A stretch of 62,890 nt of DNA, filler included, from Octopus bimaculoides (taxonomy: Eukaryota): NCBI RefSeq assembly GCF_001194135.2. It is 5 parts of 5 records of this genome, joined end to end, with 100 filler letters (N's around TTAATTAATTAA, not from the genome) between each part and the next. Parts side by side here need not be neighbours in the genome. Positions count along the whole stretch, not along the records: positions 33,738 to 59,141 come from NC_068990.1; positions 59,242 to 60,683 come from NC_068993.1; positions 60,784 to 62,890 come from NC_069007.1; 2 more parts are not named here. The stretch is one strand, 5' to 3'. Made by a program: the position numbers and the translations under genes. The notes beneath the pieces were generated by a model. The model worked only from the letters and a program-made list of their open reading frames with translations. It was not told the origin of the DNA and searched no databases. Below are positions 49,330 to 60,909 of the stretch, one piece after another (positions within the stretch are counted from its first letter, which is position 1; the number at the start of each line of letters is the position of its first letter).

Positions 49330-49500
49330 GCAATGATATTGGTTTCAAATTTTGGCACAAGGCCAGCAATTTCAGGGGTGGGGGGTGGAATAAGTCGATT
49401 ACATCGACCCTGGTACTCAACTGGTACTTATTTTATTGACCCCAAAAGGATGAAAGGCAAAGTCAACCTTGGTGGAATTTGAACTCAGAACGTAAGGATG
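49330..49500 (-). mobile_element. MetaSINE-like copy
   Basis: ggtactcaactggtacttattttattgaccccaaaaggatgaaaggcaaagtcaacc. Confidence 0.82.
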
Positions 49501-49699
49501 GCTGAAGTCTTAGCTGTAATATTACCACACCCCAACCCTATTCGCTTAACCATCATCATCATTATCATCATCTGTACCACCATAAAACCTTATTATCATT
49601 CACATATATACAAGAACACACTGCATCACCTGGTCCAGGAATTGAAACCACAATCTTACAATTAAGAGTGCAACACACTAACCACTAAGCCACGTGCCT

Positions 49700-50060
49700 C
49701 CACACACACACACACACACACACACAAGATGTATATAAACACATAAGATACACACATACACACACACACAAGATGTATATAAACACATAAGATACACACA
49801 TACACACAAAAGATGTTTATAAACACATAAGATACATACACACACACACAAGATGTGTATAAATACATGCACACACACACACACACACACAAAATGTAAA
49901 TAAATGCATGCACACACACACACACACAAGATGTATATAAACACATAAGATATACACACACAAGATGTGTATACACACATGCACATCTACACAAACATAA
50001 AATGTAAATAAATACATGAACACACACACAAGATGTATATAAACAACATAAGATGCACAC
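49700..50060. repeat. ~40-bp minisatellite (acacaagatgtatataaacacataagat)
   Basis: about 8 variable units. Confidence 0.85.
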
Positions 50061-50384
50061 ACACACACACACACACATAAACATCTACAGACAGATGCAT
50101 AAATAAACATATTCCTGTACACATAGACACACACACAAACATCTTGCATATACACACACAATGTCCTCACACACACACACACACAGACGGCTTACGCATG
50201 CACACCAACACATGCAGACATGCATAAATATGCAGACATTCCATGCATACAAAACATTTTCATCTGCACAAACACACGCACACACTGTCACTAATACATA
50301 TATGCACAAGCACACACACACACATACACAGGCAAATACATAAACACACATGCACACGCACAAAAATACACATGCATACACACA

Positions 50385-50640
50385 TACATACAAACAAAAT
50401 ACACAGTCATATCCCTACATTTGCATATAAACACACACTTACACACACACACACACAAAGTACACAGCTATACCCCTACATTCACATATAAACACACACT
50501 TACACACACACACACACAATCATACAAACACACACACAAACAAAATACAGTCATACCCCCTACATTCACATATAAACACACACACAAACAAACAAAATAC
50601 CCCCTACATTCACTCATAACACACACACACACAATCATAT
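50385..50640. repeat. ~60-bp minisatellite (ccctacattcacatataaacacac)
   Basis: 4 units visible. Confidence 0.8.
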
Positions 50641-51699
50641 ACACACACACATTTTCATGCTTGATTGATTAATTTTTGAATATTTTGATTTGTTGTTAGT
50701 GTTGTTTATGCTTGAGATGATTGGGGTGGTGGTGGTGGTGGAAGTGGTGGTGGTGGTGGTGGTGGTGGTGGTGNNNNNNNNNNNNNNNNNNNNNNNNNNN
50801 NNNNNNNNNNNNNNNNNNNNNNNNNNNNNNNNNNNNNNNNNNNNNNNNNNNNNNNNNNNNNNNNNNNNNNNNNNNNNNNNNNNNNNNNNNNNNNNNNNNN
50901 NNNNNNNNNNNNNNNNNNNNNNNNNNNNNNNNNNNNNNNNNNNNNNNNNNNNNNNNNNNNNNNNNNNNNNNNNNNNNNNNNNNNNNNNNNNNNNNNNNNN
51001 NNNNNNNNNNNNNNNNNNNNNNNNNNNNNNNNNNNNNNNNNNNNNNNNNNNNNNNNNNNNNNNNNNNNNNNNNNNNNNNNNNNNNNNNNNNNNNNNNNNN
51101 NNNNNNNNNNNNNNNNNNNNNNNNNNNNNNNNNNNNNNNNNNNNNNNNNNNNNNNNNNNNNNNNNNNNNNNNNNNNNNNNNNNNNNNNNNNNNNNNNNNN
51201 NNNNNNNNNNNNNNNNNNNNNNNNNNNNNNNNNNNNNNNNNNNNNNNNNNNNNNNNNNNNNNNNNNNNNNNNNNNNNNNNNNNNNNNNNNNNNNNNNNNN
51301 NNNNNNNNNNNNNNNNNNNNNNNNNNNNNNNNNNNNNNNNNNNNNNNNNNNNNNNNNNNNNNNNNNNNNNNNNNNNNNNNNNNNNNNNNNNNNNNNNNNN
51401 NNNNNNNNNNNNNNNNNNNNNNNNNNNNNNNNNNNNNNNNNNNNNNNNNNNNNNNNNNNNNNNNNNNNNNNNNNNNNNNNNNNNNNNNNNNNNNNNNNNN
51501 NNNNNNNNNNNNNNNNNNNNNNNNNNNNNNNNNNNNNNNNNNNNNNNNNNNNNNNNNNNNNNNNNNNNNNNNNNNNNNNNNNNNNNNNNNNNNNNNNNNN
51601 NNNNNNNNNNNNNNNNNNNNNNNNNNNNNNNNNNNNNNNNNNNNNNNNNNNNNNNNNNNNNNNNNNNNATTATTATTAATATTATTATTATTATTATTA

Positions 51700-51733
<34 letters not shown>

Positions 51734-52180
51734 CACTATCATCGTTATTATTATTATTATTAATATTATTATTATTATCATCATTCTCATTCTCGTTATT
51801 ATTATTATTATTATTATTAATATTATTATTATTATTATCATCATTCTCATTCTCGTTATTATTATTATTATTATTAATATTATTATTATTATTATTATTA
51901 TCATCATCATCGTTATTATTATTAGTATCGTCATTATTATTATTATTATTATCATTATTGTTATTATTATTATTATTGTTGTTGTAAACTTTATCCCTTG
52001 TTCGATGATTAACTAATGACTGTAAGGAAGCTTAGGAAATTTTCCAGGAGGTTTGTTAGTATCGCAGTTGTTGTCCATATTACTGTTGTGGTTATTGTAG
52101 CTGTTTGTTGTTGTTTGTTGTTGTTTTTATCTTCATATTTGCTTAGGAAACCAATATCATTATTTATAATCTCTGCAATG

Positions 52181-52247
<67 letters not shown>

Positions 52248-52257
52248 CGACGATGAT

Positions 52258-52385
52258 AAGCAAGTCTTCTTCAGTTGGCAGCAATACTTTGGAACAGCTC
52301 ATGTGTTGAGAAAAGTGTTACGTCTCTAAGCTGCAGGATGGAGCTGAGATGTGACACAGATAAATCAGAAGTTAAGCGAATACAT
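52258..52385 (+). mobile_element. R4/Dong-like 3' tip, family F
   Basis: FGTAHVLRKVLRL*; between (GAT)n and (AAT)n. Confidence 0.65.
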
Positions 52386-52419
52386 AATAATAATAATCAT
52401 AATGATGATGATGATGATG

Positions 52420-52640
52420 ATGATTTCGAATTTCAGCACAAGGCCAGCAATTTCGGAGAAGTGGGTAAGTTGATTACATCACCCCCAGTGCTCATCTGGT
52501 ACTCATCTTATTGACCCCCCCCCCAAAAAAAAAGGATGAAAAGCAAAGTTGACCTTGGTGGAGGTCAAACTCAGAACATAAAGTCAGACACAATGCCATG
52601 AGGCATTTCCCCCATAGTGTTAATGATTCTGTCATCTTAA
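52420..52640 (-). mobile_element. MetaSINE-like copy
   Basis: cagcacaaggccagcaatt...ggatgaaaagcaaagttgacc. Confidence 0.75.
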
Positions 52641-52689
52641 TAATAAAGATAACAATAATAATAATAACAATATTCTGACAAGAATTTAT

Positions 52690-52905
52690 TTCTGCTCTGA
52701 TGCAGTACCAACCAGGTATTGGTTCTCATGGCTTCTGATCTTAACTGATTGGAAGTATTATCATGTACATTGTTTTGTCTTGGTGTAAAAAGATGGGCTA
52801 CAACAAATATTCTGCTCAGTACCATAGATTTGCTTGTCAGTTGTTTGACCTTAACAAGTTGAGCATGTCCCTTAATGGATGATGTTATGTGCATCTCTGA
52901 TCATG
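52690..52905. repeat. interspersed repeat, unclassified
   Basis: ctcatggcttctgatcttaactgattggaag...gagcatgtccctta recalled as a common octopus repeat; single copy here. Confidence 0.4.
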
Positions 52906-52909
52906 AGCA

Positions 52910-53038
52910 GGAGCAGTTTCCAAGGGCTTTGAAAAACATATTAAGAATATTGGAGCTACTGTCAGGCTCGAAGTGATCCAGAAGACAGAATTGTTGGGTA
53001 CAGCTCGCATTCTAAGGAGAGTCTTGTCTCTTTGAGTC
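52910..53038 (+). mobile_element. R4/Dong-like 3' tip, family G
   Basis: GAVSKGFEKHIKNIGATVRLEVIQKTELLGTARILRRVLSL*. Confidence 0.75.
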
Positions 53039-53470
53039 NNNNNNNNNNNNNNNNNNNNNNNNNNNNNNNNNNNNNNNNNNNNNNNNNNNNNNNNNNNNNN
53101 NNNNNNNNNNNNNNNNNNNNNNNNNNNNNNNNNNNNNNNNNNNNNNNNNNNNNNNNNNNNNNNNNNNNNNNNNNNNNNNNNNNNNNNNNNNNNNNNNNNN
53201 NNNNNNNNNNNNNNNNNNNNNNNNNNNNNNNNNNNNNNNNNNNNNNNNNNNNNNNNNNNNNNNNNNNNNNNNNNNNNNNNNNNNNNNNNNNNNNNNNNNN
53301 NNNNNNNNNNNNNNNNNNNNNNNNNNNNNNNNNNNNNNNNNNNNNNNNNNNNNNNNNNNNNNNNNNNNNNNNNNNNNNNNNNNNNNNNNNNNNNNNNNNN
53401 NNNNNNNNNNNNNNNNNNNNNNNNNNNNNNNNNNNNNNNNNNNNNNNNNNNNNNNNNNNNNNNNNNNNNN

Positions 53471-54006
53471 NCAATACCAGCAGATGACAACGTTTCTCTA
53501 AAAGAAATGGAAAAACTTTCAAAATACAAAGACCTGGAAATAGAGATAACTCGAATGTGGAATCTAAAAACAGAAACAATTCCTATCATAGTAGGTGCCT
53601 TAGGTATAATAAAAAAATATTCAGACAAATACATAACAAAAACACCAGGACTTACAAATATATATAACATACAGAAAATTGCACTACTGGGTACTGCACA
53701 CATTCTACGCAAAACACTTTCAATACAGTAAACATAAGAGCATCACAGCAAACCACAGCACATACCCAAGGCGCACAGAGCTGCGCTCGGTAGTGAAGTG
53801 AAAGCACGTTATAAAAATAAGACTAATGAATAATAATAATAATAACACAGAAAATTGCACTACTGGGTACTGCACACATTCTATGCAAAACACTTTCAAT
53901 ACAGTAAACATAAGAGCACCACAGCAAACCACAGCACATACCCAAGGCGCACAGAGCTGCGCTCGGTAGTGAAGTGAAAGCACGTTATAAAAATAAAACT
54001 ACTGAA
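53471..54006 (+). mobile_element. two stacked family A R4/Dong-like 3' ends (53471-53830, 53847-54006)
   Basis: EKLSKYKDLEIEITRMWNLKTETIPIIVGALG...KTLSIQ*, then (AAT)n and a shorter, slightly different copy. Confidence 0.88.
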
Positions 54007-54200
54007 TAATAATAATAGTAAATAATGATAACGGTTTCTTTATTAACCATGAGGGTTTACATGAAGGAAAACATTATGGACAGCACAGGACAGAATAAAA
54101 AATATGTGTGTGTATGTATGTGTGTGAGTGCATGTATGTGTGTGAGAGTTTTACTTGTAAACGAGACTAATAAAGTTTTAAAAAAAGAGATCAACAATAT

Positions 54201-54248
<48 letters not shown>

Positions 54249-54659
54249 TATTATTATTATTATTNNNNNNNNNNNNNNNNNNNNNNNNNNNNNNNNNNNN
54301 NNNNNNNNNNNNNNNNNNNNNNNNNNNNNNNNNNNNNNNNNNNNNNNNNNNNNNNNNNNNNNNNNNNNNNNNNNNNNNNNNNNNNNNNNNNNNNNNNNNN
54401 NNNNNNNNNNNNNNNNNNNNNNNNNNNNNNNNNNNNNNNNNNNNNNNNNNNNNNNNNNNNNNNNNNNNNNNNNNNNNNNNNNNNNNNNNNNNNNNNNNNN
54501 NNNNNNNNNNNNNNNNNNNNNNNNNNNNNNNNNNNNNNNNNNNNNNNNNNNNNNNNATGGTGCTAGGGAAGTTAGGCAGATGGTAAGGATGTCTTCAGGT
54601 AGATAATGCTTTACCATATTTATTTTTGTCCTTTTATCTTTTACTTGTCTCTCTCATTA

Positions 54660-55000
54660 AAATGTGGCCATGCTGGAGCACTGCCTTGAATTTTTAGTTG
54701 AACAAATCAAACCCAGTAATTTTTTAAATTTTTTTCGTTTTTAAGCCTCGTTCTTATTCTATCAGTCTCTTTTGCTGGACTGTTAAGTTATGGGAGTGCA
54801 AACAAGCCAACACTGGTTGTGAAGCAGTGTAGCAGGACACACACACACACACACACAGGATGGGTTTCTTTCAGTTTCCGTCTACCAGATCCACTCACAA
54901 GGCTTTGGTCAGCCCAAATCTATAGTAAAAGGCACTTGACCAAGGTACCATGCAGTGAGATTGAACTTGTTACCAAGCTTCTTACCACACAGCCTCACTC
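54660..55000 (-). mobile_element. OR/OK-type SINE, antisense
   Basis: tgtggccatgctggagcactgcc...ttcagtttccgtctaccagatccactcacaaggc. Confidence 0.8.
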
Positions 55001-55124
55001 ATGTATTTACTGTATTTTGTTTCTTTTACAGTTACCAATATGGCTTACTGAAATATTTGCAATGTTTGTCAACTGGTGAAACATGGGATGCTTTTTGTCA
55101 CATCTTGTATAATAACCACCTAGA

Positions 55125-55290
55125 AAAATATTATTTACATTATTTACGTTATTTACATTTGATGGATACTTGTCCTCATTTTGTTTGTTGCTAACACAAT
55201 GTTTCAGCTGATATACTCTCCAGCCTTCATCAGGTATCTTGGGGAAATTTCGAACCTGGATTCTCATTCCTAAGGTATTTTTTGATATTA
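55125..55290 (-). mobile_element. hammerhead-bearing tail of the putative tRNA-headed element
   Basis: minus 55193-55240: gatac CTGATGA a ggctg..cagct GAAA ca TT gtgtt; CpG-decayed; ends in (ATT)n. Confidence 0.65.
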
Positions 55291-55426
55291 TTATTATTAT
55301 TATTGTTCAGTAGTTTTATTTTTATAATGTGCTTTCACTTCACTACCGAGCGCAGCTCTGTGCGCCTTGGGTATGTGCTGTGGTTTGCTGTGGTGCTCTT
55401 ATGTTTACTGTATTGAAAGTGTTTTG
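55291..55426 (-). mobile_element. R4/Dong-like family A 3' tip inserted in that (ATT)n
   Basis: gttcagtagttttatttttata..gtgctttcacttcactaccgagcgc. Confidence 0.85.
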
Positions 55427-55892
55427 NNNNNNNNNNNNNNNNNNNNNNNNNNNNNNNNNNNNNNNNNNNNNNNNNNNNNNNNNNNNNNNNNNNNNNNNNN
55501 NNNNNNNNNNNNNNNNNNNNNNNNNNNNNNNNNNNNNNNNNNNNNNNNNNNNNNNNNNNNNNNNNNNNNNNNNNNNNNNNNNNNNNNNNNNNNNNNNNNN
55601 NNNNNNNNNNNNNNNNNNNNNNNNNNNNNNNNNNNNNNNNNNNNNNNNNNNNNNNNNNNNNNNNNNNNNNNNNNNNNNNNNNNNNNNNNNNNNNNNNNNN
55701 NNNNNNNNNNNNNNNNNNNNNNNNNNNNNNNNNNNNNNNNNNNNNNNNNNNNNNNNNNNNNNNNNNNNNNNNNNNNNNNNNNNNNNNNNNNNNNNNNNNN
55801 NNNNNNNNNNNNNNNNNNNNNNNNNNNNNNNNNNNNNNNNNNNNNNNNNNNNNNNNNNNNNNNNNNNNNNNNNNNNNNNNNNNNNNNNNATT

Positions 55893-55974
55893 ATATGCCC
55901 GTGGGCATATGGTGTAGTGGTTAAGAGCACGGGCTACTAACCCCCAAGATTCCAAGTTCGATTCCAAGCAGTGA

Positions 55975-55980
<6 letters not shown>
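55893..55980 (+). mobile_element. tRNA-like SINE head starting at a palindromic junction
   Basis: atatgccc-gt-gggcatat, then ggtgtagtggttaagagc..gggctactaacc..gttcgattcc; same head as 28073-28149. Confidence 0.75.
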
Positions 55981-56031
<51 letters not shown>

Positions 56032-56053
56032 TAATAATAATAATGATAATAAT

Positions 56054-56445
56054 AAGCCAAACATAGTGTTGAGAAAGAAAGCAAACTATGCTGGATCATA
56101 GATATAGCATGCCCAGCTGACAACAAGGTATGCGATAAGGAAGAAAGAAAAGTCGACAGATATGACAGGTTAGCTTGGGAAGTTAAGCAGTTGTGGTCCA
56201 TGGAAAAGGTGTTGGTTGTACCAATAATTGTCGGAGCCCTGGAAACAGTGAGTAAAAATCTTGAGATGCACGTGGAACAAATAAGGGCTGCAATAAGGGT
56301 GGAGCACTTGCAGAAAACAGCACTGCTTGGAACTGCTCAAATACTCAGGAAAGTGCTTGAAAAATGAGAGGTGTTACCTTAGTTCACTGGTAGAGAACAG
56401 CTGACACTGTAGTACATCTCCAGTGTTAGAAGCTGTGCAAAGGCA
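56054..56445 (+). pseudogene. R4/Dong-like RLE domain, family H
   Basis: LCWIIDIACPADNKVCDKEERKVDRYDRLAWEVKQLWSMEKVLVVPIIVGALE...LQKTALLGTAQILRKVLEK*; (AAT)n on both sides. Confidence 0.88.
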
Positions 56446-56834
56446 ATAATAATAATAATAATAAAAAGAAGAAGAAGAAGAAGACGAAGAAGAAGAAGAC
56501 GAAGTACGAGTGGAAGTACAGCAGTTGATTTAATCAACTGCACCCCTTTTCTTTCCAATAAACTGTGTCCTTGGGGGACAACTTAAGAAATCATTACAAC
56601 TACTACTAATATTACTCCTACTACTACTGTGTATTTCCAATAATTGCCATTGCATCACCAGGTGTGTCTCTATTTTCTGGAAGGAGGTTGGTGCATTGAG
56701 AAAAAGAGGGCAAAGTCGTTTAGTGTGTTAGGTTTTAATTAAATTTGATGTGTCGTGGGGTTGGTTTTTACCATTTCTGGTTTAATTCGTTTTGCTTATT
56801 GTATAGAATATGTGTGGTTGTGTGTGAGATGTGC

Positions 56835-57350
56835 TGGAAGAGGAACTTGGCTCATGACCATAAGGTTGTGAGTTCGAATCCCGGTGATGCGTTGTGTCCT
56901 TGATATTTCATGTTGCTCCAGTCCCCTCGGCTGACAAAAGTGATGTGTACTTGTAATTCAGCCGGGTTGGTATCGAAAGGGTTAAAAATATCATGGTGAC
57001 TTTAACCCTTTTGTTTCCATATTTCTGTTGAGGTGCTCTGTGGTTCTTTCAATTAATTTTAAATGTAACAAAGAATTTAGTAAAATAATTTAGTTATCAT
57101 TCAGCTTGTGTTAGGAACATAAATTATGACTAAAGTTTGGTGGAATATTTTAATTCAGAACTTTTAAAAAGCAGACATTTGTATTCAGAGCCAGAGCCGG
57201 TTTCAGGCAGGTTGGTATGAAAAGGGTTAAGGGTACACATCCATGAAGTGCTCAACCACTTGCATGTTAATTTCATGAGTAGGGTGTTCCATTAATTGGG
57301 TCAATTGGAACCCTCGTTATCATAACCGATGGAGTGCCAGTTATAGTGTC
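56835..57350 (+). mobile_element. tRNA-SINE interrupted by piggyBac-like MITE family 2 (remnant + spacer + full unit 57006-57226)
   Basis: SINE 5' part ends gtacttgtaattca; resumes TTAA|gggtacac as in intact copy 61663-61674. Confidence 0.85.
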
Positions 57351-57404
57351 GAGTGGTGACAGTGTTCACAATGTGTTGTGTGTGCATGCACACATTTTTT
57401 TGTG

Positions 57405-57620
57405 TTTCCCTGTGTTGACATAGCATGATAGTTACAAACGAACATCGACATCACACAAGAGGAGCCCTCCATTTCCAATCCTCCATGTAAACATGTCAGG
57501 CCACAGAGAAACATTGCTTTATTTGGAAACAGCTGAAAGTTGGCAACAAGAAAGGCATCCAGACATAGAAAATCTCTGCTTCAACAAATTCCACCCAAAT
57601 CATATGACCACAGGAAAGTG
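57405..57620 (+). mobile_element. SINE 3' module
   Basis: ttgacatagcatgatagtt...gttggcaacaagaaaggcatccag; similar to 7305-7400. Confidence 0.55.
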
Positions 57621-58555
57621 ATAGCAGTAGTAGTAGTAGTAGTAATGGTGGTAGTCATGGTGGTGGTGGTGGTAGTAATTGTAATAGTAGTAGTAATTGG
57701 GATCTATTTCAAAACGGGGGGGGGGGATAGTGGTAGTAATTGTAGTAGTAGTAGTGGNNNNNNNNNNNNNNNNNNNNNNNNNNNNNNNNNNNNNNNNNNN
57801 NNNNNNNNNNNNNNNNNNNNNNNNNNNNNNNNNNNNNNNNNNNNNNNNNNNNNNNNNNNNNNNNNNNNNNNNNNNNNNNNNNNNNNNNNNNNNNNNNNNN
57901 NNNNNNNNNNNNNNNNNNNNNNNNNNNNNNNNNNNNNNNNNNNNNNNNNNNNNNNNNNNNNNNNNNNNNNNNNNNNNNNNNNNNNNNNNNNNNNNNNNNN
58001 NNNNNNNNNNNNNNNNNNNNNNNNNNNNNNNNNNNNNNNNNNNNNNNNNNNNNNNNNNNNNNNNNNNNNNNNNNNNNNNNNNNNNNNNNNNNNNNNNNNN
58101 NNNNNNNNNNNNNNNNNNNNNNNNNNNNNNNNNNNNNNTGGTGGTGGTGGTGGTGGTGGTGGGATTATGAGGCAAAGATGTTATTGATAGAAGTACAAAA
58201 AGACTGAAATACAGTGGTATGGGGTGGGGGTGGGGACAGAGAGAGAAAGAGAAAGGGAGGAAGAGAGAGAAGGGAGGGAGAGAGAGAAGGGAGGGAGGGT
58301 GAGAGGGCTGAAGAAGGTGGGATTAGGGGGGAAAATGTGTTTTTGAAAGGAGTACAAAAAAACTGGGAAACACAATAGTATGGGGGGAGAGAGGGGGAGA
58401 AACAATGTGTGAGTGAGAGAGAAAGAGAGGGAGAGAGAGACAATGTGTGAGTGAGAGAGAAAGAGAGGGAGAAAGATAGGGCGTAAGTGAAAGAGAATGA
58501 GAGGGGGTGACAGGAATGGAGAAACAGAGAGTGTGTGAGTAAAAAGAGGACATTA

Positions 58556-58588
<33 letters not shown>

Positions 58589-59141
58589 AATAGACAGTGT
58601 GTGTGAGAGCAAGAGAGGAAGAGAAACAAACAGAGAGAGAGAGAGAGACAGATAGACGTTAGCAAGCATGTGTGAAAGAGAGAGAGAGAGAGAGATTTGA
58701 AATATGATGACATTAGTTTGGTATGTTTAGTTCTTGAAAGAAGGTTACCAATAAAACTGACTTAAGTCACTGAGTGACTCCTGTCGTGGTGGAGGTGGTA
58801 GTGGTGGTGGTGGTGATGAAGACTGTGATGATGGCCCGGTGGTACCAATGGTAGGTACTTCATTGTCTCAAACACATCCACTAATCCATGTACTTCTTTG
58901 CTAGCTTCACCACCACTACCACCACTATCATCATCACCACCACGATCATCATCACCGTCATCGTCATCATCATCATCAGCACCACCACCAAAATCATCAT
59001 CACTATTGTCATCATTAAGGATGATGCTGTCCCTTTTGCCAAACTCCCATCAACATCATTGTCATCATCATAAACCATTCCTATCATTGTGACCACCACA
59101 ACCTCCGCTGCCGCCACCACCACCACCACCACCACCACCGC

Positions 59142-59241
59142 NNNNNNNNNNNNNNNNNNNNNNNNNNNNNNNNNNNNNNNNNNNNTTAATTAATTAANNN
59201 NNNNNNNNNNNNNNNNNNNNNNNNNNNNNNNNNNNNNNNNN
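59142..59241. other. artificial scaffold linker
   Basis: 44N, TTAATTAATTAA at 59186-59197, 44N. Confidence 0.95.
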
Positions 59242-59460
59242 CTTCTTGTGAAACACCGTCCTGGTTCCCTGCCTCATGTTTATAGCGTTTATTATGGAAA
59301 TAGTAATGTAATTTATCAGTCCGAATGTACTCAAGCATATTACTATTTTACTTATGACTGCTTAGCGCTTCTCCTCTGTAATTTATTTGAAGTTGGTACA
59401 TCATCGGATATGCACATAAACAACTATAGTTCGAAAATTCAGTGTTTTATAAAATACTAT

Positions 59461-59674
59461 GGTAAATTTTCAGATTAACACCCGCACCATTTTCACTAGG
59501 GTGTTAAAGTTAGGGTTTTAGGGTCAGGGTTGGGGTTTTAGGATTACGGTTAGGGTTAGGCTTTAGGATTACGTTTAGGGTTAGGGAATTCCGTCCCTAA
59601 CCCTAACCCCTAAAACTAAAACTAACCCTAACACCCTAGTGAAAATTGTACGGGTGTTAATCTGAAAATTTACC
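59461..59674. mobile_element. Merlin-like MITE with internal telomere-like repeats
   Basis: 46-bp TIR starting GGTAA (2 mismatches); 8-bp TSD aatactat at 59453-59460 and 59675-59682. Confidence 0.85.
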
Positions 59675-60683
59675 AATACTATAAAACGATAATTAAGGAG
59701 TTTAAATTACAAGATATCAGAAATAACAACATTTCGTTCGGACACATAACGACTATTCCGGGTGAATGCCAGCTTATATCGCAACCATTATGAACATTCC
59801 TGAATGGAACTGTTACTGATCTGTTGTGATTTAAATTCCTTAAAGCATTGGTTTCTCCCTGTGTTATATAAATATATAAATGTCTTTGTAATCACGGGCC
59901 CCCTCATTTACTAATTAATTAATTTCATTAAATGTGTAGAATCAACCGAATGTTTATAAACGTTTTGGTCATTTTTCATTTTGACTTGCAGAACTGTCAT
60001 TTGGATCGGCTGGTTTTGTTCGTTAATTTCCGTAAATTTTTTTTATTTATTTACTTTTGTTTTCATGACGTGTGGAAGGCGATATTTGCTTTGAAGTGAG
60101 AGCAGAAAGTGAAAGATGTATGTATGCGTATATGAAATGGACATGTATATGTGAGAGAGGGAGAGTACACCCATTATCTTTCATATATATGTACATACAT
60201 AAATATATATGCATACATCTTTTTTTTTATGTATGTGTGTGAGAGAGAGAGAGAGAGTGAGTGCCACTTATACATGACAACACACCTCTTCTCTCTCACA
60301 CACACATACACATACGTCCATACATCTTTCACTTTCTCCTCTCAGTTCAAAGCAAATGTCGCCTTCCACATGTCATGAAAACAAGTAAATAGATAAAAAA
60401 AAAATTTAAGGAAATTAACGAACATTAATGACAAGTTTGCTAGTCAAAATGAAAAAGAAAACACCATAAAACGGCTATTCATTCAATTTAATTAATCTTT
60501 GTAAAATTAATTGGGTGAATGTAGCGTGTCGCATCTTTGCAGCCCTTTCTGTTTTGTATCGCATCTTTGTGGCTCCTGCTTTTGGTTTTGTATCAAGGTC
60601 AGCAAGCGCACATAAAGTGAACAAGAAAAGCACTTCCGGGAGGATACACTCAAAACCTCACTTAAGAGCTTTAAAATTTCACC

Positions 60684-60783
60684 NNNNNNNNNNNNNNNNN
60701 NNNNNNNNNNNNNNNNNNNNNNNNNNNTTAATTAATTAANNNNNNNNNNNNNNNNNNNNNNNNNNNNNNNNNNNNNNNNNNNN
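60684..60783. other. artificial scaffold linker
   Basis: 44N, TTAATTAATTAA at 60728-60739, 44N. Confidence 0.95.
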
Positions 60784-60801
60784 ATATATATATATACATA
60801 T

Positions 60802-60832
<31 letters not shown>

Positions 60833-60869
60833 CACACACACATATATATATATACATGCATATATATGT

Positions 60870-60909
<40 letters not shown>

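Noticed and set aside
50690-52016. Very long ORFs in the track (also 24300-25273, 28353-29261, 55329-56201, 57540-58187)
   Set aside because: They are read-through of N gaps and microsatellites
58760-58880. Minus-strand Pro-rich peptide (PPPPLPPPPRQESLSDLSQFY)
   Set aside because: Derived from (GGT)n low-complexity sequence; poor acceptor
60500-60683. CpG-containing promoter-like segment with cacttccgg (ETS-like)
   Set aside because: Single short motif at the end of a 1.4-kb piece; no linked exon
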